This document shows positions 8,242 through 17,574 of a stretch of DNA of 64,000 nucleotides, piece after piece. This DNA is from Vulcanimicrobiota bacterium (GTDB taxonomy: Bacteria > Vulcanimicrobiota > Vulcanimicrobiia > Vulcanimicrobiales > Vulcanimicrobiaceae). Location of the stretch: assembly GCA_963695225.1 (NCBI GenBank), contig OY968762.1:2016001-2080000 (forward strand), given 5' to 3'. Numbering within the stretch: position 1 is the first letter of the stretch; every line of letters starts with the position of its first letter. A program made the translations under genes and the position numbers. Under the pieces are notes generated by a model, which was not told where the DNA came from, ran no database searches, and saw nothing but the letters and a program-made list of their open reading frames with translations.

Positions 8242-9642
8242 TCATCTCGTCGACGCCTTCGTCCGCTCTATTGCGACGTCGAGCATCGAGAGCAGGGTCT
8301 CTCGCTCGTTTCGGCCTGGATCGTCCGTCACGTCTTCTAATAGCTCGCGCAGCAATTCGCCCACAAGCGGCGCGCCGCGCGACCCCTTCGGAAGCACCCC
8401 GTGCGCAACGAGCGCGCCGATCACGTCGGTGCCGGAGATCGCGAGGTCGGCGACCGCCAGCGGAGGACGAAGCGCGAGCAGCGCCCTCACGCGCGCTTCG
8501 AAGAGGGCATTGCCGCCGCGCTTCGGGAGCCCGCTCCCCACGACATCCGCGGCGCGCAGCGCAAATTGCCGCTCCAGACGTTCCGGCCCGATCCTGCGCA
8601 CGAAACGCCGGATCGTCCCGTCCGCGAGGCTCGCGTCGGCGGCGTACATATGGTGTCGCACCAGGCTCGCCACCGTCTCGACCTCCTCGTTCGAAAAGCG
8701 GAGGCGCTCCATGATCTCCCGCGCCATCTCCGCTCCCAGGATCTCGTGACGGTAGAAGTGCGGCCCGTCTTTCGTTCGGGGCTTGCCGACATCGTGCAGA
8801 AGCGCCGCCATCCTCAGAAGCGGGTCGGAAGCGGGCGCCGCGTCCAGCGTCGCCAGCGTGTGGTGGTACACGTCATAGGCGTGCCACTCATTCTGCTCGA
8901 CGCCCCAGCCCTCGAGCACTTCCGGCAACACGAACCCCAAGACCCCCGTCTCGCGCATCAGCTCGAATCCGACCGACGGCCGCGCCGCCAGCAAGAGCTT
9001 CAGCAGCTCGTCGTGCACCCGTTCGGCCGAGACGCTCGCGACCAGCGGCGCCGCCTCGCGCATCGCCGCAAACGTCTCCGCATTCAGCCCATATTCGAAC
9101 CGCGCCGCAAACTGGCACGCCCGCAGCATCCGAAGCGGGTCTTCGCGGAAGGCCTCCGGCCTTAGCAGCGAAACCTGCCGCGCCTCGATGTCCGCCACGC
9201 CCCCGTAGGGATCGACGAGCCTTCCGCCGGGCAGCGCCCGCGCCATCATGTTCATCCGGAAGTCGCGCCGCGCGAGATCCTCCTCGAGCGAGACCGCCGG
9301 CCCCGCTTCGACGTCGAAATCGCGGTGCCCGGCCCCTGTCGAAAACTCCCGCCGCGGTAGCCCCACATCGACGGTCGCTGCACCGATCTTGCACTTCACG
9401 ACCGCAAAGCTCGCGCCGACCAGCTCGGCTCGTCCCACTTCCTTTAGCCTACGCACTAGCTCGCTAAGCGAGACGCCTACGACGACGTAGTCCAGGTCCT
9501 TCGCGACGAACTCGCGGCCCTCGCGCGCCGCGCGAACCTCATCGCGGACGCGCCCCCCAACGGCATACAAGGAGCCGGCCGGCAAAGCGCCCGCGAGCGT
9601 TCCGTCGATCGTCGCGATATCCAGAGCGTCCTCGAAAGCCAC
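8242..9642 (-). CDS. cca: CCA tRNA nucleotidyltransferase with HD domain
   Basis: VGGRVRD, KDLD, EEDLARRDF, EDPLRMLRA, LLHDVGKP; start uncertain (GTG 9642). Confidence 0.85.
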   Translation of the reverse strand: MAFEDALDIATIDGTLAGALPAGSLYAVGGRVRDEVRAAREGREFVAKDLDYVVVGVSLSELVRRLKEVGRAELVGASFAVVKCKIGAATVDVGLPRREFSTGAGHRDFDVEAGPAVSLEEDLARRDFRMNMMARALPGGRLVDPYGGVADIEARQVSLLRPEAFREDPLRMLRACQFAARFEYGLNAETFAAMREAAPLVASVSAERVHDELLKLLLAARPSVGFELMRETGVLGFVLPEVLEGWGVEQNEWHAYDVYHHTLATLDAAPASDPLLRMAALLHDVGKPRTKDGPHFYRHEILGAEMAREIMERLRFSNEEVETVASLVRHHMYAADASLADGTIRRFVRRIGPERLERQFALRAADVVGSGLPKRGGNALFEARVRALLALRPPLAVADLAISGTDVIGALVAHGVLPKGSRGAPLVGELLRELLEDVTDDPGRNERETLLSMLDVAIERTKASTR

Positions 9643-9847
9643 GTCTGCACTTTCCGCAACGCCGTTCCTGAAACCGTTAGCCTGGATGTCATGCCACGGA
9701 CGCCGCCCGACCAGCGCTGGTGACGGAGTGTGACACGGCGGTGCGCAGCGCCTCAGCCCCGAGCGACCGGCGCACTTCGCCGGCCGCCGCAAACACCGGC
9801 CCCGGAACTCGCCGCTTCCACGATGCGAAAACGCGAACGCTCTCGCC

Positions 9848-10501
9848 TTACGAGAAACAGAGCGGCCGTTTCACCGGCACGCCTGCGCGGCGGGGGAACC
9901 GCGCAGCTGTCGGCTCGACCTTCTCGACGATCACCAGGCGCCGGCGGTCGCCGCCGGCCTCCGTCTCCTCGACGACCCGCGCTCCCAAGACGAGCGCCGC
10001 GTCGTGCATCGCGCGGCGCTCGCGCTCGTCGAGCGCCCCTCGCTGCAGCAGCGCGCGGCCGCCCGGCGCGAGGAACGGCACGGTCAACTCCAGCACGCTC
10101 GGGCCGCTCGCGACCGCTCGCGCCGTCGCGCTCGCAAAGCGCTCGCGCAACTCGGGATCGCGAGCCGCATCCTCCGCACGGCGCGCCTCGACGCGCACCG
10201 GCAGCCCGAACCGTTCCGCCGCGGCGCGCAAGAAGCGCGCTTTCTTCTCGAGCGACTCCACGAGCGTCGTCTCGATGCCCGTGACGAGCGCGAGCGGAAT
10301 CGCGGGGAAGCCTCCACCGCTACCGACGTCGATCAGCGGTCCGCGCACGTACGGGACGAGTGCGAGCGAATCCGCAATGTGTTCCCACACGCTCGCGACA
10401 TCGCGCGCGGCCGTCAGGTTCAGGCTGCGATTCGCTTCGAGCAAGTACGCGGCGAACTCGTCGAGCCGCTCGCGCTGCGCCGCGGAGAGGTCCGCGCTCA
10501 C
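9848..10501 (-). CDS. rsmG: 16S rRNA m7G527 methyltransferase
   Basis: NLTA, HIADSL, DVGSGGGFP, ATARAV, FPRRAG; follows mnmG. Confidence 0.93.
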   Translation of the reverse strand: MSADLSAAQRERLDEFAAYLLEANRSLNLTAARDVASVWEHIADSLALVPYVRGPLIDVGSGGGFPAIPLALVTGIETTLVESLEKKARFLRAAAERFGLPVRVEARRAEDAARDPELRERFASATARAVASGPSVLELTVPFLAPGGRALLQRGALDERERRAMHDAALVLGARVVEETEAGGDRRRLVIVEKVEPTAARFPRRAGVPVKRPLCFS

Positions 10502-10520
10502 CCGCGCCGTCCGGCCTTCT

Positions 10521-12362
10521 TCACGCGGGCTGCGCGCCGCGTCTGCGCGCGTGCAACACGACCGAGAGGATGCCGACGTCGGCGGGCGTGATCCCGGAGA
10601 TGCGGCTCGCCGCGCCGAGCGAGCGAGGCCGGTGCGCCGCGAACTTCTCGCGCGCTTCGCGCGAGAGTTGCCCGATCGTCCCGTAATCGAAATCCGGGGG
10701 AACGAGCGTCGCCTCGTCGCGCGCCAAACGCGCGACGGCGTTCCCCGCCCGGCCGACGTAGCCTTCGAGTTTCACGTCGATCTCGACGCGCTCCAAGACG
10801 TCGGGCGGGATCTCGGGCACGAGCGAGGCCACGTCGGAGAACGCAACGTCGGGCCGGCGCAGATACTCCGCGACGCTGCGCCCCGCGGCAAGCTCACGCG
10901 GCATCCGAACCTCGCGCACTCGTTCGTGCCCGCGCGCCAACGCAGCGCGGCGCTCCCGGAATCGCTCGGCATCGTCGTCCGAGAGCAAACCGATCTCGTG
11001 TCCCAGCGGCGAAAGCCGAAGGTCCGCGTTGTCGTGCCGCAACACGACGCGATGTTCCGCGCGCGAGGTCATCATGCGATACGGCTCGTCGACGCCTTTC
11101 GTGACGAGATCGTCGATCAAGACGCCGATGTACGACGTCGTCCGCTCGAAACGTACGGCCTCGCGCCCTTGCAGGGCGCGCGCCGCGTTGATGCCGGCGA
11201 CCAGCCCCTGGGCCGCCGCTTCTTCGTAACCCGACGTCCCGTTGAGCTGCCCCGCAAAATAGAGCCCCGCGATGCGGTGCGTCTCGAGCGTCTCGCGCAC
11301 TTCCGTCGGCGTCACGAAATCGTATTCGACCGCGTAACCTGCGCGCAACATCGCCGCCTCCTCGAGGCCGGGCAGCGTGTGCAACATCTCGAGTTGAACG
11401 TCCGCCGGAAGCGAGGTCGAGAACCCGCCCACGTAGACCGAGTTCGTCTCCCAGCCCTCAGGCTCGATGAAGAGCTGATGCGTCGGATTGTGCGCGAACT
11501 TGACGACCTTGTCTTCGATCGAGGGACAGTACCGCGGCCCGATCCCGCGGATCAAATCGAGGCCGTAGAGCGGAGAGCGGTGCAGGTTCTCCCGAACCAG
11601 CGCGTGCGTCCGCTCGCTCGTGTTCACGACGTGGCAGGGAATCTGCGGTCCCGCGAAGCGCGCCTCGCTCCGGTACGAGAACGGCAGGGGCACGGGGCTC
11701 GGCGGTTGCGGCTTCATGCGGGAATAGTCCAGCGACTCCCGGGCCACGCGCGGCGGAGTCCCCGTCTTGAGGCGGCCGAGCGGGAAGCCGAGCCGCCGCA
11801 GAGCCTCCGAAAGCCCGAGTGCGGGCGCCTCCCCGAGACGCCCGGCCGGCTCGCTGAACTCTCCGCGATAGATCTTCCCGCCGAGAAACGTCCCCGTGCA
11901 AAGGACGACGGCTCGGCCGAACAGCATGCGACCGTCCGAGGTGGCAACTCCCTGGACGCGCCCCCCGCCCACGACGAGCGCTTCCACCATCCCCGCGACG
12001 ACGGTGAGATTCTTCTGGGCGCGGAGCGTCGCGCCGGTCACCCGGACGTAGGCTTCCTTATCGGCCTGAGCGCGGAGCGCCCGGACCGCGGGGCCCTTCG
12101 ACTCGTTCAAGAAGCGGACGTGCAGCTCGCAGCGGTCGATGATCCGCGCCATCTCGCCGCCGAGCGCATCGATCTCGCGTACGAGCTGCCCCTTCGCGCT
12201 CCCGCCGATCGACGGGTTGCACGCCAAAGTCGAGATCCGTGCGGGATCTCCCGTCACGAGGATCGTCTCGACGCCCATACGGGAGCTCGCCAGCGCCGCC
12301 TCAACCCCGGCGTGCCCACCCCCGACGACGATGACACCCGTCCGGGCGGCCCCGTTCCTCAC
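10521..12362 (-). CDS. mnmG: tRNA uridine-5-carboxymethylaminomethyl synthesis enzyme
   Basis: [50 protein letters not shown]. Confidence 0.96.
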   Translation of the reverse strand: MRNGAARTGVIVVGGGHAGVEAALASSRMGVETILVTGDPARISTLACNPSIGGSAKGQLVREIDALGGEMARIIDRCELHVRFLNESKGPAVRALRAQADKEAYVRVTGATLRAQKNLTVVAGMVEALVVGGGRVQGVATSDGRMLFGRAVVLCTGTFLGGKIYRGEFSEPAGRLGEAPALGLSEALRRLGFPLGRLKTGTPPRVARESLDYSRMKPQPPSPVPLPFSYRSEARFAGPQIPCHVVNTSERTHALVRENLHRSPLYGLDLIRGIGPRYCPSIEDKVVKFAHNPTHQLFIEPEGWETNSVYVGGFSTSLPADVQLEMLHTLPGLEEAAMLRAGYAVEYDFVTPTEVRETLETHRIAGLYFAGQLNGTSGYEEAAAQGLVAGINAARALQGREAVRFERTTSYIGVLIDDLVTKGVDEPYRMMTSRAEHRVVLRHDNADLRLSPLGHEIGLLSDDDAERFRERRAALARGHERVREVRMPRELAAGRSVAEYLRRPDVAFSDVASLVPEIPPDVLERVEIDVKLEGYVGRAGNAVARLARDEATLVPPDFDYGTIGQLSREAREKFAAHRPRSLGAASRISGITPADVGILSVVLHARRRGAQPA

Positions 12363-12398
12363 TCCGCCCCCTTCGACGGCGCGGGCCGCGTCCCCGAC

Positions 12399-13025
12399 TT
12401 AGCGCCGCTTCGCGGCGGGTTTCGGTGCCGGTTTCGGGCCGGATTTCGCCTTCTTCGGCGCCGGCGCGCGCGGCGGCGAAAGCGCGAAGAGCGCCACGAT
12501 CCCGATCAGCCATGCAAACGCGAGCGGGATGAAGGCGAGGCCGACGGAGTGCTCGGAGGATTCGACGCTCGGATCGCCCACGGTCGGGACGAACCGGCCG
12601 TTTACCTCGAAGCCGCTCACCTTTTCGCCGAAGTACTGCACTTCGAGCGTCCGGCCGGGCGCGATCGCCGCCCAGGTCGCCGGGTCGGGCGCAGCCTGAA
12701 GCGCCGCCCGGATGCGCGTCGGACCGTCGGCAAACGTGACGACGTGGCTCGGCGCTTGCGCGCTCGTCGAACCCTGGGCCGCGATCTCGTCCAGGACGTC
12801 CCGCCGGTCGACGACGAGCCGGGCAACGCGGCACTCCGAGCCCGACTGCGCGGCCCGGAGAGCGGCGGAGAGCGGCCGCGTCAAGCAGCCCTTGTCGCTC
12901 ACGTACCGCCGCGCTTCGGACGAAAGCGTCCCCGTCCCGGTGATCGACCACGCATAAGCGGCGACCGTCGCCACGACCAGCGCGATCACGATCCACAGCT
13001 TGTAAACGGACCTCTTGTTTCCCAT
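12399..13025 (-). CDS. Hypothetical membrane protein (two TMs flanking a soluble domain)
   Basis: ATG at 13025 with AGGAG RBS; N- and C-terminal hydrophobic helices; Lys/Pro-rich tail. Confidence 0.6.
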   Translation of the reverse strand: MGNKRSVYKLWIVIALVVATVAAYAWSITGTGTLSSEARRYVSDKGCLTRPLSAALRAAQSGSECRVARLVVDRRDVLDEIAAQGSTSAQAPSHVVTFADGPTRIRAALQAAPDPATWAAIAPGRTLEVQYFGEKVSGFEVNGRFVPTVGDPSVESSEHSVGLAFIPLAFAWLIGIVALFALSPPRAPAPKKAKSGPKPAPKPAAKRR

Positions 13026-13125
13026 CGCTCCTATATTGGCAGCCCGCCGCGAGCCGCCCTCGGGACGGCCCCGCCGGCGCCGGGCTGGAGAGGCGTTTTC
13101 GCCGCCCGGACCAAAGGCGTCCGGC

Positions 13126-13923
13126 ATGACCGCCGAGGAGACGCGCATAACGCTCGACGACGGAGCGACGACGACCCTCGAGGGCTGGGGCGAGCGTGGC
13201 CCCATCGTGCTCTGCGTGCACGGGATCACGAGTTCCAGAAAGTCCTGGACGAAGCTCGGCCGGCGTCTAGCGGACCGGCACCGCGTCTTCGCCTACGACC
13301 AGCGCGGGCACGGCGATAGCGCCCAGATCCAGGGGCCGATGACGCTCGCGCAGAGTCTGGCCGACCTTGCCGCCGTCGCGGCCGTCATCGGCGAACCGGT
13401 TGAAGCGCTCGTCGGGCACTCGTGGGGCGGAGCGGTAGCGCTCCTCGGCGGCCGCACCATCGCGCCGGCTCGCGTCGTCGCGATCGATCCGCTCTTGCGC
13501 GTCCCGGCGGGGACGTTCGCCGCAGATTACGTGGAAGAACTGCGCCCGATCCTCTCCTTGCCCCCGGGCGAGCGCGACGCCGACGCCCGCGCCCTCGTGG
13601 GCCATCTCGACGAGACCGAGCAACTCGCGAAAGCCCACGCGATGCGCTCGATGTCGCTCGAATCCGTCGAGCGCATCGGCACCGAGAATCGCGTCGACGA
13701 AGGCGCCTGGGATCTCCTCGCGAGCGCGCGCGATTATCCCGTGCCCCTCTATCTCGCCGTCGCCGGCATCGATTCCGTGCTCGCGCCGGAAGACGTCGCG
13801 ACGTTGCGCGCCGGGCTCGGACCGCGCGACGTGCTCGACATTTTCGCGAACGAGGGGCACAGCCTGCATCGCACCGCGTTCGAAGAATTCGCGGCGAAGC
13901 TGGAGGCGTTCTTGCGAGCTTAG
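13126..13923 (+). CDS. Alpha/beta fold hydrolase
   Basis: HGITSS, DQRGHGDS, GHSWGG nucleophile elbow, C-terminal GH. Confidence 0.9.
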   Translation: MTAEETRITLDDGATTTLEGWGERGPIVLCVHGITSSRKSWTKLGRRLADRHRVFAYDQRGHGDSAQIQGPMTLAQSLADLAAVAAVIGEPVEALVGHSWGGAVALLGGRTIAPARVVAIDPLLRVPAGTFAADYVEELRPILSLPPGERDADARALVGHLDETEQLAKAHAMRSMSLESVERIGTENRVDEGAWDLLASARDYPVPLYLAVAGIDSVLAPEDVATLRAGLGPRDVLDIFANEGHSLHRTAFEEFAAKLEAFLRA

Positions 13924-14387
13924 TTTGCGCCCGGCGAACTCGTTTTCGCCGCGCGCCGCCCGCGCAGATACTCGGCGTCGAAAAACAGCGGCGACGAGAT
14001 GAGAAAATCCGCCGTCGCGCGATTGCACGCCGTCGGCACGTTATAGAGCACGGCGAGGCGCAGCAGCGCCTTCACGTCGACGTCGTGCGGCTGCACGAGC
14101 AACGGGTCCCAGAAGAAGATCACGGCCTCCAAGCGCCGCTCCACGAGCATCGCGCCGACCTGCGCGTCGCCCCCGAGCGGCCCGGAGAGGAGCAATCGCA
14201 CTTCGAGCGCGGTCGCGTTCGCGACCAGCGCGCCGGTCGTCCCCGTCGCGACGAGGTTGCACCGCGCCAGCGTATCGCGATTGTACGCGGCCCACGCGGT
14301 GAGATCGTCCTTGCAAGCGTCGTGCGCGATCAGCGCGACGCGCGGAACGACCACCTCCGCTGCCTGCCGGTCCATCGTCGTTTCCAT
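13920..14387 (-). CDS. mgsA: Methylglyoxal synthase
   Basis: ALIAHD, ATGTTG, SGPLGGDAQ, FFWDP..QPHDVDVKAL. Confidence 0.95.
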   Translation of the reverse strand: METTMDRQAAEVVVPRVALIAHDACKDDLTAWAAYNRDTLARCNLVATGTTGALVANATALEVRLLLSGPLGGDAQVGAMLVERRLEAVIFFWDPLLVQPHDVDVKALLRLAVLYNVPTACNRATADFLISSPLFFDAEYLRGRRAAKTSSPGAN

Positions 14388-14512
14388 GCCCGCATTCTAC
14401 CCTCGCAGGCACATGCGTAACATCACGCTTTCCTCGCAATGCGGCGATGTCGTTTGTTTCGCGCGACGCAGCCGCGGGCGAAAGAACCTTCGCTCGCGCC
14501 GGGCTCGCTCGT

Positions 14513-16330
14513 TCAGCGTTGGATCAGCGCCGGCGCCAACTGCAGTCCGCCGGCAGCATCCGCGACGGTCACGCCCGCTCCCTGCCCCGCGCCCGGTTGC
14601 GTTGAAAAGTACCGGAACGTCCCGCGATATGCGGCATACGTCACGTTCGAGCCGGCCGCGAGCACGGTCACCGCAGGCCCTCGAAGCGTCATCGTGCGGT
14701 TGAACTGATCCGTATACGTGCCGTATGGATCGAACGCCGTGAAGTTGAAGCGCGGATCCGTCGTGATCCCGAGCCCGCTGACGGCGAGCGCGACTCCGTA
14801 GTCACCGATCAGCGTCTCCGCCGCAATTCCGGTCGCACCTCGAAGGTTGGCCGCGCCGACGGCGCCTCCGCTCTCGACCGAGCGCGAGAACGCATCGCCT
14901 CCGAACCGATCGTAGAGGTAGCGCATGAACAGATACGAGTTTCCATACGCGCTCGCGCTGTTGTATACGAACGGCGTCGAGCCGGACGCTCCGCTGAAAT
15001 CCGTCAAGCTCGCGCCTTCCGGGTAGCTGAGAAACTGCTGCGCGTGCGCGAGCGCGTCGTCGACGTCGATGCTCGGCGCGCCCCCGAACAGTTGCGAGAC
15101 GGCGAAATCCTGCGCGAGCATCGAGAGCCCTTCGTTGATCCAGGGCTCCTCGTTCGCAGGAGACTGCGCGAGCACGTAATGCTGTACGAAGTTGATGGCG
15201 TGCTGCAGCTCGTGAGCGGTGCTGCGAACGAAGTCTTCCTGCAGCGCGTAGTTCAAGTCGGCGCCGGGCGCATACGCGACCACGATCATCGAGGTTTCGT
15301 TGGTCGGGGGTTGCCCCGGCAAGCAGTTTGCGACTTGCTGCGGGAGGAAGTTCAGCGCGCTGAAGTACCCGCCGAGCCCCGCTCCGATGTTACTTTGATT
15401 GACGATGAGCACGACGTGCCGCCCGTTCGGCGGCGGGATCAGCATCGGCACTGGCTGCGCCCCCGCGATAGGATTCCCCGCCGCGTCGCACGGCTGCGTG
15501 GTCAGGCGCGCGCCCGGCGAGTCGGGCGCGTACTCGACCGTCCCGAAATGGCGCGTATCGGACTGATAGGCGTTCTCGAAATCGACGCCGATCCGCTCCA
15601 GAGACGGCGCGTCGAAGCCGAGCGTATCGTCCACCCAGATGCTCGAGTGCGTGAAGGTCGCACGCAGCGTCGCCGGAACCGCGGCATAGTTGCCGCCGGG
15701 GGTCCCGATCGCCGCCTTGCTGACCCAAAACGACGACGTCGCGCCGACCTGAGAGGCGAGCGCGCGCGCCGAACGGCGTTCCGCAAGCGGAGAGAGCGAA
15801 TGCCGTGCGCTTCCGGCCAAGGTTACGAGCGGCGCCAAATAGCGATCGTCGGGGCGTGCGTCCGCAAAAGGCGGGGCCGGGAGAGCGCTCCGGCTCGAAG
15901 CAGGCGAACCGGTCTGCAGGACGTCCGCCGCCCACACCCGGCTCGTGCCGCCGAACGCCTGCGGAATGACGCGCTCGAACGCGGCGGGAGCCACGTTCGA
16001 GGTCGAGAGGTTTAGGCTCTCGCTCGCCGGAGCGACCCCGCTCGCGTCCACGGCCGTGGAGAGCACGGCGATCAGGCCGGTCCGCGCGGTCGCCGGGAGC
16101 GTGCCCCGAAACACGTTCGGCGCCGACGCTTGCATGTACGCGGCACTCGCCGGGGCCGCAGTGGCGATGCCGTACGGCATCGCGACGGCCGCCGGGGCGG
16201 CGGGCGGCAGCGAGCCGCTGCCCGAACCGCCGCCGCAACCGGCGCACAAACCCACGGCCGCCAGCGTCAAACCGCGCAATCCATAACGAATAAATGCGGG
16301 TCTATAAGCCCACATCGCCTTTTCGTCCAT
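14513..16330 (-). CDS. Secreted lipoprotein, putative gluzincin zinc metallopeptidase
   Basis: Lipobox-like LCAGC followed by a Gly linker; AHELQH ... WINEGLS motif; start uncertain. Confidence 0.7.
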   Translation of the reverse strand: MDEKAMWAYRPAFIRYGLRGLTLAAVGLCAGCGGGSGSGSLPPAAPAAVAMPYGIATAAPASAAYMQASAPNVFRGTLPATARTGLIAVLSTAVDASGVAPASESLNLSTSNVAPAAFERVIPQAFGGTSRVWAADVLQTGSPASSRSALPAPPFADARPDDRYLAPLVTLAGSARHSLSPLAERRSARALASQVGATSSFWVSKAAIGTPGGNYAAVPATLRATFTHSSIWVDDTLGFDAPSLERIGVDFENAYQSDTRHFGTVEYAPDSPGARLTTQPCDAAGNPIAGAQPVPMLIPPPNGRHVVLIVNQSNIGAGLGGYFSALNFLPQQVANCLPGQPPTNETSMIVVAYAPGADLNYALQEDFVRSTAHELQHAINFVQHYVLAQSPANEEPWINEGLSMLAQDFAVSQLFGGAPSIDVDDALAHAQQFLSYPEGASLTDFSGASGSTPFVYNSASAYGNSYLFMRYLYDRFGGDAFSRSVESGGAVGAANLRGATGIAAETLIGDYGVALAVSGLGITTDPRFNFTAFDPYGTYTDQFNRTMTLRGPAVTVLAAGSNVTYAAYRGTFRYFSTQPGAGQGAGVTVADAAGGLQLAPALIQR

Positions 16331-16470
16331 GCACCGTCTCTCGGAAACCCTGAAGCGAGGCTATCATCGAGCTCGCCCCGCCGTCCTGCGAGTTTACTCA
16401 GTTGGTTCATCGGCGGCGAGCGCGCGCTAAGTCACCTGAAAACGGCTCCTCGCCGCACGTCTGATCCGCG

Positions 16471-17517
16471 TCACATTCGCGCGAGAGTGTTCTCCGCGTC
16501 ACTCGTTTTCGGGTTTGCAGACGCGTATCGCGTCGCGATCTTGTCGACTGTCTCGCGCGCGAGGCGCACGGCCGAGGGCGGCGCGCTTACTCGCGCATCC
16601 GCGCCGAAGCCGAGCGCCCAGCGCACGACTTCGGCCGGATCGTTCACCTCGAAACTGATCGAAGCGCTCCCGTCCTCGCGCGCCAGCACGCGCTGGGATC
16701 GTTGCCATCGCCGGCTGATCGCCGAGGTCGCGACGTTCGCGGAGAGTTCGACCGTAACGGTTTCCATCGCGCCGTCGCCCTTGATGAAGCCGAGCGCATC
16801 CGCTCCGTCGTATTCCGGAGGGATGCTCCGCGGCTCGAGCACGCTCCCGGCCGGAACCGGCAGCGTCGCGAAGCGATCGAGCGCGAACATCCGCCAGCCG
16901 CGCTTTCCGCAATCGTACGCGACGAGATAGAACACGCCCGAGCGCAACAACACGCGAAACGGCTCGACGAGTCGCTCGGCGACGCCGCCGGTAGCGCGGG
17001 CGCCGTAGCGAAACCGCACCCGCGCTCCGTTCTTCCAAGCCCGTTCGAGGATGCGGGCGATCTCCGCCGCACGCGATTGATCCAACAATTGCGGCATCGC
17101 AAAGCGGAAGAAGTCCTCGCGCTTACTCTCGTCGACCGGCCCAACCAACGGTTCCAGTTTCCGCGCGATCGGTTGCCCGAGCGCCGTCGCGATCGTTTCG
17201 ACGAGCGCGATCAACTTCTGCTGCTCCTCGTTGACTCGGCCGAGCCGCGCGTCGAACGAGAGCACCTCGACGCGCTCGCCCCGTTTGATCTCCGAGAGCC
17301 TGAACCCGGACGTCTCACCGAGCGCGCGCAACTGCTGGAGGTCGCGCTGAAACGTCCGGAAGTTACGCTCGTGGATGCGCTCGTACTCGCCGTACGTGAT
17401 GGACCGGCGCCGCATCAGCTCGAGCAGGAGCCACAGTTTGCGCGCGACCGCAGCCGACGCTTCGTTACCGAGCGACGACTTCGTCCCCGCAAGAGCGAAC
17501 TGCGACGAAGCTGCCAT
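16471..17517 (-). CDS. WYL-domain transcriptional regulator (HTH-WYL-WCX, YafY/PafBC-like)
   Basis: RTFQRDLQQLR HTH; R.VEPF, FYLVAYD, WRMFALDR; WALGFGA..VSAP. Confidence 0.88.
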   Translation of the reverse strand: MAASSQFALAGTKSSLGNEASAAVARKLWLLLELMRRRSITYGEYERIHERNFRTFQRDLQQLRALGETSGFRLSEIKRGERVEVLSFDARLGRVNEEQQKLIALVETIATALGQPIARKLEPLVGPVDESKREDFFRFAMPQLLDQSRAAEIARILERAWKNGARVRFRYGARATGGVAERLVEPFRVLLRSGVFYLVAYDCGKRGWRMFALDRFATLPVPAGSVLEPRSIPPEYDGADALGFIKGDGAMETVTVELSANVATSAISRRWQRSQRVLAREDGSASISFEVNDPAEVVRWALGFGADARVSAPPSAVRLARETVDKIATRYASANPKTSDAENTLARM

Positions 17518-17574
17518 GCCGCAGGGCGTTCGCCTCCTATGCTCTCCGGCCCCGGCGCGCACGCGTCGCGGCGC

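Noticed and set aside
9720..13319. 1199-aa plus-strand ORF and other long overlapping ORFs (e.g. 28174-32205 minus, 53487-55850 minus)
   Set aside because: Antisense or off-frame shadows of well-supported genes, expected in high-GC DNA; no motifs.
16331..16470. Riboswitch or ribozyme upstream of the protease (imperfect GCTCGCC..GGCGAGC stem)
   Set aside because: No recognisable conserved aptamer or ribozyme core; the stem is plausible by chance at this GC content.
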